From Cyclobacteriaceae bacterium (GTDB taxonomy: Bacteria; Bacteroidota; Bacteroidia; Cytophagales; Cyclobacteriaceae): a DNA stretch of 60,584 nt. The DNA is taken from NCBI GenBank assembly GCA_027067135.1, contig JAMOMJ010000456.1, forward strand, positions 1 through 60,584. Reading direction: 5' to 3'. Numbering within the stretch: the first letter of the stretch is position 1; each line of letters opens with the position of its first letter. This document shows positions 9,653 through 19,968 of this stretch, in pieces. The translations under genes were made by a program, and so were the position numbers. The notes under the pieces were generated by a model. It was not told where the DNA came from and did no database searches. It saw only the letters and a list, made by a program, of their open reading frames with translations.

Positions 9653-10225
9653 ATGATCTCAAAAATAATTGAGCACCTGCTGCACTATATAAGCCTTAGT
9701 TCTGATGAAATCACTGCCATCAGCGAATCTATTCCAATACAAAGTTTTAGCAAAGGAAGCATTTTATTAAAAGAAGGAGAGGTTTCAAAACATGCATATT
9801 TTAATATTAAGGGGTGCGTACGACTTTACTATTTAATTGACGGGGAAGAAAAAACCACTTTTTTCTATACCGAAAACCAATTTATAACTTCGATTAAAAG
9901 TTTTACCAATAGAGTGCCTGCACACCACTTTTTAGAGTGCGTTGAAGATTGTACTCTAGGAGTATTATCCTACGAAGCAGAAATATATTTACTTAAAAAA
10001 TTCCCTAAATTCGAATACCTGTCTCGTATTTTACTAGAAGAAGAACTGGGTCATTATCAGGATATGCTATCAACTTATATTACTACCAAACCCGAGGATA
10101 GGTATAAAAAGCTATTAAAGTTAAATCCTCAGTTATTGCAAAGAATTCCACAATATCAACTTGCTACTTTCTTAGGGGTAACCCCCGAATCATTAAGCAG
10201 GATTCGGAAAAGAATAATTCAGTAA
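9653..10225 (+). CDS. Crp/Fnr family transcriptional regulator
   Basis: cNMP-binding-like beta-roll (GSILLKEGEVSKHAYFNIKGCVRLYY) and a C-terminal HTH (QLATFLGVTPESLSRIRKR). The track ORF starts at a TTG (9608); I prefer the first ATG at 9653. Confidence 0.75.
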   Translation: MISKIIEHLLHYISLSSDEITAISESIPIQSFSKGSILLKEGEVSKHAYFNIKGCVRLYYLIDGEEKTTFFYTENQFITSIKSFTNRVPAHHFLECVEDCTLGVLSYEAEIYLLKKFPKFEYLSRILLEEELGHYQDMLSTYITTKPEDRYKKLLKLNPQLLQRIPQYQLATFLGVTPESLSRIRKRIIQ

Positions 10226-10307
10226 GAATCCATTTCTTACCTTTAGTCAATGAAATATAAACATTAGACAGATAGTTTTGGTACTTTAAATTAAACTCGC
10301 ATTAATT

Positions 10308-10691
10308 ATGAGTTATCAAAAATTCAGCATGACTTTAGGCTTCCTTATCTGGCTGGTGGCAACATTGCTCTTCAGGTTTTATGGAGCAGATTTCTTTTTA
10401 ACAGAGGATGCCATGGTGATGGGTACATTTTATTTTGGCATTATTCCTTTGTTATACTTATTAGTTAATTGGATGTTTAAAAAATACCGATTATCCAAAA
10501 CAGATAGAATACGGAGTGTAGTTTTAATGATACTTCCTGGGATGGCCTTAGACACCTTATGTATTAAATATTATTGGGTAGTATTTCCGGCTTTTTCGCA
10601 AGAAACAGCCGTAACATTAGGTTCCTGGGTAATTTGGGTTAATTTTATTATTTTAATAATTGGACTGCTTTCAAAAGAAAAAGGGGAATGA
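10308..10691 (+). CDS. Small 4-TM membrane protein (possibly DUF5367-type)
   Basis: 127 aa with four hydrophobic segments. Its last ~51 codons are duplicated as a fragment at 32613-32768. Confidence 0.6.
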   Translation: MSYQKFSMTLGFLIWLVATLLFRFYGADFFLTEDAMVMGTFYFGIIPLLYLLVNWMFKKYRLSKTDRIRSVVLMILPGMALDTLCIKYYWVVFPAFSQETAVTLGSWVIWVNFIILIIGLLSKEKGE

Positions 10692-10751
10692 CGGCAAACA
10701 ATTAGAGGCTAATGCCTTCTAAAACTTACACCTCCCTCAATATTTTAGCAG
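10536..10751. repeat. Left copy of a 216-bp direct repeat (pairs with 32613-32828)
   Basis: Hand alignment is gap-free with about 19 mismatches (~91% identity). It contains the 3' end of gene 10308-10691, a spacer and an antisense copy of the last 8 codons plus stop of galT (10726-10751). Confidence 0.85.
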
Positions 10752-10817
10752 AAAAAAAGTAACTATCTGATTAATTTTCAGATACTTGAACATATAGCCT
10801 TTCTGTTTGTATACTAC

Positions 10818-10836
10818 TAACCTGAGTTCGGGATAA
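10818..10836 (+). repeat. Half-copy of palindromic element (TAACCTGAGTTCGGGATAA)
   Basis: 19 nt identical to 31201-31219 and to one arm of the complete palindrome at 59765-59828. Confidence 0.7.
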
Positions 10837-10966
10837 TAGTTAAACATGTTAAAACCAGAACTCAAACAAGAGGAGAAAACAGAAGCGGCCTCCCCTACTG
10901 AATTACCCTTCTTTTGAAGGAAATCGCTGGTTCCAACTCTCAAGAAAGCAGAATTGGTAAAGAGGA

Positions 10967-13900
10967 TTATTTTGAAACAACTATCCTTTTTGAGATTCTT
11001 TTGTCACTTAATACTATACCTATATAATAAATCCCATTGGGATAATTTCTAAAGTCCAAAACAAAGCTCTGTTTACTATTTTTATTAGTTTTAATAAAAA
11101 TAGTTTTCCCGTAAGCATTATATATCTTAATGAATTTTACCTGCTTAAATGATGCACCTACATTGAGATATACCTTCTCATTTGTTGGATTTGGATATAT
11201 GGCAATTGTATTATCGCCTTCTCTTTTGTTGATTCCTGTAATTAAAGGAGCGTCCAAAAGAGATATAGCTTCTTCTGGAGTTAATGCGTAATCATATATT
11301 AATACTTCATCAATTAAACCATTATAATTAAAGTCATTATTATCATCAGCTAGCATTCTTCCCATAAGAAAATCATAGGAAGTACTTTTAATGCCTCCCT
11401 CCAACTTGGTAGAACTATCCAGTTTCCCATTGATATATAAAAGGACATAAGTTCTGTCATAGGATGCCACAATATGGTAGAACTGACCATTTTTCAACTC
11501 ATCGCTACTATCCACATCTTTAATTGATAGTGAAGTGTTGAGTGTCCATCTCACTTTTCCCGAATTTATAGAAAGCTTCCACCTATTTTGCCAACTACCA
11601 TGAGATAGAATAAAAGACTCATTACCAATTGATAAATTATCAGGCCTAATCCAGCAGCTAACTGTTATAGCATCAGAAAAGTTTAATGTGTTATCATTAT
11701 CTACTTTGATAAAATCGTTTTGTCCATCAAAAAGATAAGCATTATTAGCATTTCCATCTAAATCTTCGGTTGCAGTAGCTCCAAACACTTGCCCATGCAG
11801 GTTATTCCCACTATAATCATCAGCATTCCCAGAAAAGGAATAATAAGCAATGAGGCTACCTGTATTAGGTATTGAATAGTCTTTAACAAGAAACTTTAAT
11901 TTCCCCTCAACTGTTCCACCCATCCCGTCTTCTACTAGTACGCTCACTTTATATATCCCTTCTGCAGATGGACTTTCCCATATTACTTTATCACCCTCAC
12001 CCGCAATAGTCCCATCACTTACAGACCAGTTATAAAGCAAATTATCACCGTCTATATCTTCTGCTACACAAGAAATTTCAACCTCTTCTTGCGGATTAAT
12101 ATTATTTATAGCTGAAAACATATCTATGATGATGGGTGCAGAATTAATATGATCCACTGCTTCAATACTTATAGACTTACTAGTTTTATTAAGTTGCTCG
12201 TCTGATACAGTGACAACTATTTGATAATTTCCAATAGCAGGTGCAGTCCACGAAATCGTTTCGGTTACTTCTGTAAGTTGCTCTCCATTTACAGTCCAGC
12301 TATAGGATAAAACTTCTCCTTCTTTATCGGTAGCTGTTGCATAAATAGTAGCTACATCCCCAATTTCGAGTAATGGATTAGTAACAGCTAAGCTTTTTAT
12401 TCTTGGAGGGCTATTATAAGTTTGGCTCGTTTGCATATAATCTACCACAATATCATTGATAAGAAACTTATTAAGGTCATAACTAACAGTTCCTCCGGAA
12501 GGAACTACAACCAGTTCAACTGCTTTATCTGCACCAATATCAAAATTGGTGTCTCCAGTTACATCCTGAGCTATAAAAGTTTCTGTTAATGCATCATACA
12601 AGTCCACTGGGGCTGATCCAACATCTATAATTACTGTTTTAATGCTAGAATAAGGGTTGTAATACAAAAAAGTGGGATAAGCATCTTCCTTATAAAAATC
12701 GGTTTTTAACAGATCGAGCTGGAGTATTTTTTCCACATTCGTAGTTTTAATAATGCCACCAAAAATACCTACAGATGATGAGCCATAGAGGGCAAGGTTT
12801 GTATTTGCCCAGCCTGCAGCTACTGCATCACCCGTAGAAAATGGCCCCAGGTTCCCATTCATTTTTTCCCTTAAACCCTCATAGCCAATATATCCATTAG
12901 GGTCATGCATATTTGACCAATTGGAAGCATCTTGTTGTTCAGCAGGTAAAAACCCTGGATAAAACAAACGTGATGCATTGGCTAAGTTGAGCATCCATTT
13001 ACCTATGGCTCGGGCAAAACGCTTATCGTACCTAACCATAGGCACAAGCGCACCGGCATGCTGAAAGCCATTCATTAAAAAAGCATAATCATTGCCCTGA
13101 TCGTTGGCTTCACCAATAAGGCCGAAAGCTTCCACTCCATTCCAATTTCCAATAATTGCACCCCAACCTCTTAATTCTCCCCTATCAAATGTCCAATTTA
13201 GCATCTTTTCAATATCATAAGATGTGCCAATTTGAGCATTCATTTTGGCAGCCACATATATACCGTAGGGTAATTGAAGTTCATACGAAGGATTTGAACT
13301 AAGATTGTTTAAAAACTCCATGCTCCATTCCGCCCCTTTTAAATAGCTGGAGTCTCCTGTTTCGATATAAGCGTTATACAATAGCCAGGCTATGCCTCCG
13401 GCAGCTTCGGGTTCTTTTACACCAGTAGTCAAAGGTGTCATAGTTGCCAGATTCCAGGCCCGATAGTTCATAAATGGCACTTCCCAGGGCGTATCAGTTC
13501 CTCCCATGGTTTTTACGGCTGTTAACCATTGGTTGGCAACAGATGTAAACTGAAAATCAGCATCGCCTATGCCCGGGTATAAATCATTGAGCTGATAAAA
13601 ATAGATATTGGGCATAATGTCGTACCACCAATCATTCCCACTATTTCCATTATAATTATTGAGATAGACGTTCTCTTCGGCTCTTTTATTAAAAAAATCC
13701 TGTGCCATCAGCACCCAGTTTATGTTGTTTTGGTCACCTTTATCTACTCCGGCAAGCGTAGCTCCTATTAGCGAAGGAAGCACATTAATGGCTTCTCCGC
13801 TTTTAGCAAAAAATGTGCCTACATAGGAGTCTAACCCAAAATTTTTATTTTGAGGATAATTGACTCCTTCATCACTCATAAAAACAAGTGGCAGGTAATC

Positions 13901-14083
13901 TCCAGTTTTATCAATATCAAATACCAGGCTATCATACCCTATTGTTACACGCTCCCAATTTCGCATAAAATAGGGCGAAGGGGTGTTGGGCATTTGTTCA
14001 ATACGATTTATGGTAACTTGATTTACCTGCGCATTAACAAACCCATTAAACAAAAGTATAAATGCCAGTAAGGATTTTTTCAT
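10967..14083 (-). CDS. T9SS-secreted multidomain protein: unassigned N-terminal ~540-aa domain, two PKD/Ig-like repeats, LamG (concanavalin-like) domain, Por/T9SS C-terminal sorting domain
   Basis: Signal peptide MKKSLLAFILLFNGFVNAQ (the track ORF starts 15 codons upstream at 14128). The N-terminal domain is paralogous to ORF 19969-21690 (INRIEQMPNTPSPYFMRNWE vs IKRVEGMPNQPTPYKMLDWK; DWWYDIMPNIY vs DWWYDVFPNVL; IGKWMLNLANASRLFYP vs IGKWTLNTANATRLCYP). The PKD-like repeats show as YSWTVNG... and YNWSVSDG... The LamG-type block is YYSFSGNADDYSGNNLHGQ...IDEVLIYDYALT. The C-terminus is IYPNPTNEKVYLNV...ISKRIVVSK. Confidence 0.7.
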   Translation of the reverse strand: MKKSLLAFILLFNGFVNAQVNQVTINRIEQMPNTPSPYFMRNWERVTIGYDSLVFDIDKTGDYLPLVFMSDEGVNYPQNKNFGLDSYVGTFFAKSGEAINVLPSLIGATLAGVDKGDQNNINWVLMAQDFFNKRAEENVYLNNYNGNSGNDWWYDIMPNIYFYQLNDLYPGIGDADFQFTSVANQWLTAVKTMGGTDTPWEVPFMNYRAWNLATMTPLTTGVKEPEAAGGIAWLLYNAYIETGDSSYLKGAEWSMEFLNNLSSNPSYELQLPYGIYVAAKMNAQIGTSYDIEKMLNWTFDRGELRGWGAIIGNWNGVEAFGLIGEANDQGNDYAFLMNGFQHAGALVPMVRYDKRFARAIGKWMLNLANASRLFYPGFLPAEQQDASNWSNMHDPNGYIGYEGLREKMNGNLGPFSTGDAVAAGWANTNLALYGSSSVGIFGGIIKTTNVEKILQLDLLKTDFYKEDAYPTFLYYNPYSSIKTVIIDVGSAPVDLYDALTETFIAQDVTGDTNFDIGADKAVELVVVPSGGTVSYDLNKFLINDIVVDYMQTSQTYNSPPRIKSLAVTNPLLEIGDVATIYATATDKEGEVLSYSWTVNGEQLTEVTETISWTAPAIGNYQIVVTVSDEQLNKTSKSISIEAVDHINSAPIIIDMFSAINNINPQEEVEISCVAEDIDGDNLLYNWSVSDGTIAGEGDKVIWESPSAEGIYKVSVLVEDGMGGTVEGKLKFLVKDYSIPNTGSLIAYYSFSGNADDYSGNNLHGQVFGATATEDLDGNANNAYLFDGQNDFIKVDNDNTLNFSDAITVSCWIRPDNLSIGNESFILSHGSWQNRWKLSINSGKVRWTLNTSLSIKDVDSSDELKNGQFYHIVASYDRTYVLLYINGKLDSSTKLEGGIKSTSYDFLMGRMLADDNNDFNYNGLIDEVLIYDYALTPEEAISLLDAPLITGINKREGDNTIAIYPNPTNEKVYLNVGASFKQVKFIKIYNAYGKTIFIKTNKNSKQSFVLDFRNYPNGIYYIGIVLSDKRISKRIVVSK

Positions 14084-14232
14084 ACTAAAAATAAATGTAG
14101 ATTTCTTGTTATAAGAAGACTTAAACAATTTTTAGAAAGTTTAAAGCTTTCTGAAAATTAACTACATAAAAAAGACGATAGGATAAACCTACCGCCCTTT
14201 TAACCAAGCAATAATCAATCTAATTAACTATA

Positions 14233-15288
14233 TTATTTTTCATCATCATAAATACTTTTTACCTGCGGCCCTGTAAGAACCGTATTATAAATTCTTAGCT
14301 CATCCATTGAGCCATTAAAATAGCCTCCCCACGCTTCAGGGATAATTTGATCATTGTCATAATTATCAGGCGTATCGGCATATTTACTTGAACCTACCCC
14401 AATAGCAAGGTTATGACCTGTTACATTAACCAAATCACCAGGAAGCGAGGCTACCCTATTTGTTTCAAAACCATCAATATAAAACACCATTTCACCACCA
14501 CCAAAACTTACGGCAAGGTGATACCATTGGCCAGTATTTAAAACAGGGTCAGTATCTTTATCATAAATACCCTCAGATGAAGCAGCAGTAAAAAAGGCTT
14601 TATTGGCTGACTGTAACTGAAACTTATACCCATTCCAAGAATGTAACCCTAAAAAACGATTACTTTCTCTTATTTCTGCTGCATTTACCCATAATGCAAT
14701 TGTTATTTGAGCTGGGTTAATTGCTGCATTATAAGGCACTTCAACCCATGCTCCGCTATTAAACGAGATAGCTTTACCTGCATTGCCATTACGGTCTTCT
14801 GCCCATACAGGATCTCCTGCACCCCAATTTGTACGACCTGTATTAAATGTGCCATCAAAACCATTACCCGAAGCGTCAGCAGCCGAAGTGCCACTACCCT
14901 CATTGAATTTCCAGTAACCCACAAGCGTGGCGGGGTCAATAGCTGCGATTTTCTTTGTTTCATAAAGATCCATAGCTGCTTGTAATGCTGTAACTGTGTT
15001 ATCAACGGCAGTTTGATCTGATGTTTTAGAAGCTACTACAACTTTTGCATCGCCAATTACTTTCTGTAGCTCTACTTTAGAACCAATCTCATAATCACCC
15101 ACATCGGCACCTTCTGAAGTTGTAGAAATAAGGGTTTCAGCTTCGGAAATTTTAGCATTTAATGCTGCAAAATCTGCTGGTTCTACTACTGGTACAGGAT
15201 CATCTTTACAACCACTTATCAAGGCCATACTTGCTATGGCAACAAAAAGCAGTAATGAACCAACTTTTGTAAATTTTAACTTTCTCAT
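14233..15288 (-). CDS. Surface lipoprotein with helical N-terminal region and LamG/concanavalin-like domain (SGBP-like, downstream of SusD)
   Basis: Lipobox LISGC; WKFNEGSGTSAADASGNGFDG...MDELRIYNTVLT is typical of Laminin_G_3-type domains. Its position directly after susD is typical of surface glycan-binding proteins. I prefer the internal ATG (MRKLKF...). Confidence 0.65.
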   Translation of the reverse strand: MRKLKFTKVGSLLLFVAIASMALISGCKDDPVPVVEPADFAALNAKISEAETLISTTSEGADVGDYEIGSKVELQKVIGDAKVVVASKTSDQTAVDNTVTALQAAMDLYETKKIAAIDPATLVGYWKFNEGSGTSAADASGNGFDGTFNTGRTNWGAGDPVWAEDRNGNAGKAISFNSGAWVEVPYNAAINPAQITIALWVNAAEIRESNRFLGLHSWNGYKFQLQSANKAFFTAASSEGIYDKDTDPVLNTGQWYHLAVSFGGGEMVFYIDGFETNRVASLPGDLVNVTGHNLAIGVGSSKYADTPDNYDNDQIIPEAWGGYFNGSMDELRIYNTVLTGPQVKSIYDDEK

Positions 15289-15318
15289 AATTTTAAAGGT
15301 TTGTTTATACATAAATTA

Positions 15319-16827
15319 TTAATTTGAAATTGCATTATTTGTGTCCACTTCACTTTGAGGAATAGGGAAATACCTGTGAGTGGCATAGTTGAAATTAGTA
15401 TCGGATAGTGCTGCCTCCGCTGTAGTTGTACCATACCTCATCAGGTCGTAAAACCGATGAAATTCAAAGCCCAGCTCTACTCTGCGCTCATGCCGGATAG
15501 CTGTTCTTAAAGTACTCTGATTTGTACTGATTACATCGGGTAATAAACCAGCTGGAATTGCTCCAAAACCGGGTAGGGTTTCATCAAACATGTAGCTTTC
15601 GCGTGCTCTCTTTCTTACTTCATTTAATGGAATTAAGGCTTCTGCACCACTCCCAAGCTCATTAAGTGCTTCTGCTTTAATTAAAAGTACTTCGGCATAG
15701 CGCATAAACGTGTAGTTTAAATCTCCATCTCCTTTAGTTCCAGTGCCTATTTCGGATAATGGTTGAATATGCTTTTTCTGTAAATAGCCGGTTTCCGGAG
15801 ACCAAGCCGGGTCAAAATCTTCACCATTAATCCATTTTTGGTTTTCTCTTCCAACCGTATAATCCAGCCGTGGGTCAATAACTCCTCCTCCAGTTACTTC
15901 AAACTCATCAACAAAATTTTGGGTAGGTGCATTAAAGAAATAGCCATTTTCAACTTGTGGTGAAAACCACTGGTTTAAATTACTACCCAAAAAAGGAACC
16001 TGGCCTGTTAAATGCTGAATTTCAAATATGGATTCAACATTATTTTCATATGAAAACTCGAAATTATTTCTATGAAGAGGCATAAGCGAGTACCCTGATT
16101 GCTCCAGGCTCGTAATTGCATCTAAACAAGGTTGCCATTTTTCCTGAAACAAAAGAGCTTTGGCAAGCAATCCCAAAGCGGCACCTTTGGTTGCCCTACC
16201 CGTTTCAGAACTTTTATACGAAACAGGCAATACCTGCGAAGCTTCCGTTAGGTCTTGTTCTATCTGTAAGTAAATGTCGGCAACAGACGATACCGGAACA
16301 TGTAAATCATCGGATGAAAATGCAGGTTGTGTTTTTAAAGGAATTTCTCCAAAAATATTTACCATATGAAAATAGAAGTAAGCCCTTAAAAATTTGGCTT
16401 CGCCAACTATTCGCTGCTTTAACCCATTATCCATTTCTATATCAGGCACATAGTAAATTACTTTGTTAGCTCGTGTAATGCCTTCGTAATAATGTTTCCA
16501 AATCGACTCTATAAATCCATTATCCGGATTAATGGTAAACTCATCAATAAATCCCATATCGCTTTGGTCACCAGGATTTCCGCCTTTTTTAGCATCATCA
16601 GATGCCACATCTCCAAATACCCATAAATTGTTATTAATATTTTTAAACGCAGTAATTTCATAAGTTGCGTTAATTGCAAATACAGCATGCTCTTTAGTTT
16701 GATAAAAAGAGCTATTGCTATATACACCCTGCAATTCTGTATCCAGAAAATCTTTGCACCCTGTGCCGATAACAGTTAAAAATAGAACTGTACAAAGGGT
16801 TGTTATTTTAAAATTTATCTTTTTCAT
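15319..16827 (-). CDS. SusD/RagB family nutrient-binding outer membrane lipoprotein
   Basis: 502 aa with lipobox (GTGCKDFLD). It has a TPR-like SusD pattern (RAYFYFHMVNIFGEIPL, YAEVLLIKAEALNELG, ERRVELGFEFHRFYDLMR) and follows a SusC gene. Confidence 0.9.
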   Translation of the reverse strand: MKKINFKITTLCTVLFLTVIGTGCKDFLDTELQGVYSNSSFYQTKEHAVFAINATYEITAFKNINNNLWVFGDVASDDAKKGGNPGDQSDMGFIDEFTINPDNGFIESIWKHYYEGITRANKVIYYVPDIEMDNGLKQRIVGEAKFLRAYFYFHMVNIFGEIPLKTQPAFSSDDLHVPVSSVADIYLQIEQDLTEASQVLPVSYKSSETGRATKGAALGLLAKALLFQEKWQPCLDAITSLEQSGYSLMPLHRNNFEFSYENNVESIFEIQHLTGQVPFLGSNLNQWFSPQVENGYFFNAPTQNFVDEFEVTGGGVIDPRLDYTVGRENQKWINGEDFDPAWSPETGYLQKKHIQPLSEIGTGTKGDGDLNYTFMRYAEVLLIKAEALNELGSGAEALIPLNEVRKRARESYMFDETLPGFGAIPAGLLPDVISTNQSTLRTAIRHERRVELGFEFHRFYDLMRYGTTTAEAALSDTNFNYATHRYFPIPQSEVDTNNAISN

Positions 16828-16830
16828 AAT

Positions 16831-19800
16831 TTAAAATGTTACCTGTAATCCTAAATTAAAAGAAACTGCCGTTGGGTATGTTCCCCACTCTATACCGGCT
16901 GCTTTATCCCCTTCAGCAGTTGAATTATCGCTGGTGGTCATTTCCGGGTCAAGCCCTGGATATTTTGTAAGCGTAAACAGATTGTTTGCCAAAAAGTAAA
17001 CCCTGCACTTTTGTAAGAACAACCTATCCAACAAGTTTTTAGGTAACTGATAGCCAATTTGAAGGGTTTTTAATCTGGTATAAGAACCATCTTCTAAAAA
17101 CCGGGTAGAAGGTTTTGTATTATTGGGTTTGGCTTTCCACGATGGTCTAGGTTGTGTATTACTGCTACCTTCCCCTGTCCATCGTTCATCATAATACCTT
17201 TTTGTAAGGTTAAACGGCCTGTAAAATCCTTCGATATCTGTGGCAACCTGATAATAAATTTGCTGGCCATAGGCACCCTGCACAAAAACGGTAAAATCAA
17301 AATTTTTATAATTTATCCCCAGGTTTGCTCCCAGTATCATATCAGGGATGGACTTACCTACAAAAGTTCTGTCGTTTGCATCTATAATACCATCACCATT
17401 TTGGTCTTTATATTTTATATCTCCCGGTTGAATTTGGCTACTGCTTCCCTGAATAGCGTGGGTAATAATATCGGTTGAGTTCTGGAAGATTCCTTCCATT
17501 TCGTAGAGGTAAAATGAGCCAATAGGCTGTCCTTGCACGGTTCTAGTAGCCCAAACACCATTATCAATTCGGGCATTTTGATACACACCATCAAGTTCCA
17601 GCACCTCATTTTTTATCGTGGCTACATTGGCACTAATCGAGTAATTCAGATTATCAGATATTTGCCCATTATGCTCTAATTCAAACTCAATACCTGTGTT
17701 TAGCACTTTCCCATCATTTACCCAAGACGGAGTTGCATATCCTGCCGAAGAAGGATTTGTATTAATCATCAACTGATCTCTTGTTACTTTTCGGTAATAA
17801 TCCAGTGCCACTATTAGCTTGCCCGAATAAATACTTATATCTGCACCTATATCCAATTGGGTACTTGTTTCCCATTTTATATCGGCATTACCCAATGCAG
17901 TAGTTGTATATCCCCCTTGTGCAATGTCTCCTAATGGGTATTCAAAACCGGGGTTAATTTTTTCTAAATAGGCAAAATTGTCGATGGCTTGATTTCCATT
18001 AGCTCCATAACCAATCCTTAATTTTAATTGATCTATCATATTGCTATTAGCAAGAAATGCTTCCTTATCAATTCTCCAACCTAGTGATACCGAAGAAAAT
18101 GTACCCCATCTGTTTTCCTCTACAAACCGGGTAGAGCCATCCCTTCGTATAATACCTGTTAATAAGTATTTTCCTTTAAAATCGTAATTAACTCTGGCAA
18201 AATAAGAAAGCAGCCTGTACTCCCAAATAGCTTCAGAAGTACTTATGATTCCTTGTCCGTTTCCCAGGTTAATTAGGTTTAAATTCTGATCTGCAAAATC
18301 CCTTTCGGTGGTTACAGTAGATTCACTGTTAACTGCTATGGCTTCTGCTCCTATAATTGAAGAAATAGTATGACTGCCAAATTCGTAATCGAAGTTAATC
18401 AGGTTAGTCCACGACCAATTAAAGTTTGACCCGTTATATACCGATAATGAATTGGGGTTATTAATCCTGTCATTGGTTCCCCATGTTTTATTAAATCTCC
18501 TGCGCTTATAATTATTATTGTCTATTCCAAATTTTGTACTAAAACTAAGGTTTTTAGCAAAATCGATTTTGGCATTAATATCTCCTAAAATCTGAACATC
18601 TTTATTTACATTATAGGTATTATTGGCAAGGCCTACGGGGCTATACCCATCTCCAAAAAACTCCGGGTTATTAGGTAAATCAACAAATTCACCATTTTTA
18701 TCGTAAATTGGTATGGCCGGTGACCTAAAAAAAGCATATCTGATAACACTACCTCCATTGCCTCCAAATCCATCACCGGAGCTGCCAATAATGTTGGTGG
18801 TGGATTGTGCCACATTTAGGTTTACTCCAATATTAAACCATTCTTTTGCTTGTGTACTTACACTTACTTTACCTGTTAATCGCTGATAATCACTTCCAAT
18901 TATTATTCCTTCCTGTCCAAAATAACTACCGGAGATACTATAATTGGTTTTTTCGTTTCCTCCACTGACCCCCAGGTAATAATTTTGAAGTATCGCCTTT
19001 CTAAAAATTTCATCCAGATGACTTATATCAGGCAATGTATCTGCCATAGCTTCGGTTATTTTATTCCTCTGCAATGCAAGAGGAACACCCACATTATCGT
19101 AATCGGCAGCTTCGTTATATACTTCTATGTATTCGTCTTTATTGGTCATTGGAGTTAAACGCCCAACCTGTTGAATACCAACACTTGAGTTGAAAGTGAT
19201 TTGAGTTCCGCCTGAACGGGAACCTTTTTTTGTGGTGATTAGTACCACACCATTATTAGCCCTTGACCCATAAATAGCTGCTGAAGCCGCATCTTTTAAT
19301 ACACTAATTGATTCAATATCAGCGGTAGAAAGGTAATTCATAGCGTTTTCGGTGGGTACACCATCAACAATGTAAAGTGGTGCGTTTCCACTGTTTATTG
19401 AGCCTACGCCCCTTATCCTTACTGCTACGCCAGCACCAGGTGCCCCTGTAGTTTGTGTAACATTTACTCCCGCAGCCAATCCTTGCATAGCTTGTGTAAC
19501 ACCCGGTGTTGGAATCCTGATTAAATCTTCGGGCTTAACAGAAGCCACTGCACCCGTTACATCCGCTTTTTTCTGTACCCCATAACCTGTAACTATAATT
19601 TCATCCAGAATCTCTACATCGGCTTCCATAGATACATTAATTGAGGTTTGGCTACCTACTAAAATTTCAATCGCTTTATAGCCTACATACGAGAATATAA
19701 GAACATCAGAACTGCTTACATTACTTAATGTATAAGCCCCATCCATATCGGTAACTGTACCGTTTTGGGTTCCTTTAATTTGAATAGTAACCCCCGGCAA

Positions 19801-19923
19801 TGTGGTGCCGTCTTCCGAATCTGATACTGTGCCAGAAATGGTTGTACCTTGTCCATACGTCTGAGAAAAACTGCCAATAAGCAAACATGCGATGGAAATA
19901 CACTGTAAAATTTTAGATTTCAT
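16831..19923 (-). CDS. SusC/RagA family TonB-dependent outer membrane transporter
   Basis: 1030 aa. It has a carboxypeptidase-regulatory-like N-domain (ISGTVSDSEDGTTLPGVTIQIKGT), a plug region (IIVTGYGVQKK...LKDAASAAIYGSRANNGVVLITTKKG) and a C-terminal aromatic residue (LGLQVTF). Confidence 0.92.
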   Translation of the reverse strand: MKSKILQCISIACLLIGSFSQTYGQGTTISGTVSDSEDGTTLPGVTIQIKGTQNGTVTDMDGAYTLSNVSSSDVLIFSYVGYKAIEILVGSQTSINVSMEADVEILDEIIVTGYGVQKKADVTGAVASVKPEDLIRIPTPGVTQAMQGLAAGVNVTQTTGAPGAGVAVRIRGVGSINSGNAPLYIVDGVPTENAMNYLSTADIESISVLKDAASAAIYGSRANNGVVLITTKKGSRSGGTQITFNSSVGIQQVGRLTPMTNKDEYIEVYNEAADYDNVGVPLALQRNKITEAMADTLPDISHLDEIFRKAILQNYYLGVSGGNEKTNYSISGSYFGQEGIIIGSDYQRLTGKVSVSTQAKEWFNIGVNLNVAQSTTNIIGSSGDGFGGNGGSVIRYAFFRSPAIPIYDKNGEFVDLPNNPEFFGDGYSPVGLANNTYNVNKDVQILGDINAKIDFAKNLSFSTKFGIDNNNYKRRRFNKTWGTNDRINNPNSLSVYNGSNFNWSWTNLINFDYEFGSHTISSIIGAEAIAVNSESTVTTERDFADQNLNLINLGNGQGIISTSEAIWEYRLLSYFARVNYDFKGKYLLTGIIRRDGSTRFVEENRWGTFSSVSLGWRIDKEAFLANSNMIDQLKLRIGYGANGNQAIDNFAYLEKINPGFEYPLGDIAQGGYTTTALGNADIKWETSTQLDIGADISIYSGKLIVALDYYRKVTRDQLMINTNPSSAGYATPSWVNDGKVLNTGIEFELEHNGQISDNLNYSISANVATIKNEVLELDGVYQNARIDNGVWATRTVQGQPIGSFYLYEMEGIFQNSTDIITHAIQGSSSQIQPGDIKYKDQNGDGIIDANDRTFVGKSIPDMILGANLGINYKNFDFTVFVQGAYGQQIYYQVATDIEGFYRPFNLTKRYYDERWTGEGSSNTQPRPSWKAKPNNTKPSTRFLEDGSYTRLKTLQIGYQLPKNLLDRLFLQKCRVYFLANNLFTLTKYPGLDPEMTTSDNSTAEGDKAAGIEWGTYPTAVSFNLGLQVTF

Positions 19924-19968
19924 CTGTTTATAATTTATTATTATCGGGCATATTTCTAACTAATACTT

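Noticed and set aside
10737-10943. 68-aa ORF on the minus strand downstream of the PUL
   Set aside because: Its 3' end is the out-of-frame copy of the galT terminus inside the 216-bp repeat, and its middle spans the palindromic half-site. It has no recognisable protein features, so it is most likely a chance ORF in junction DNA.
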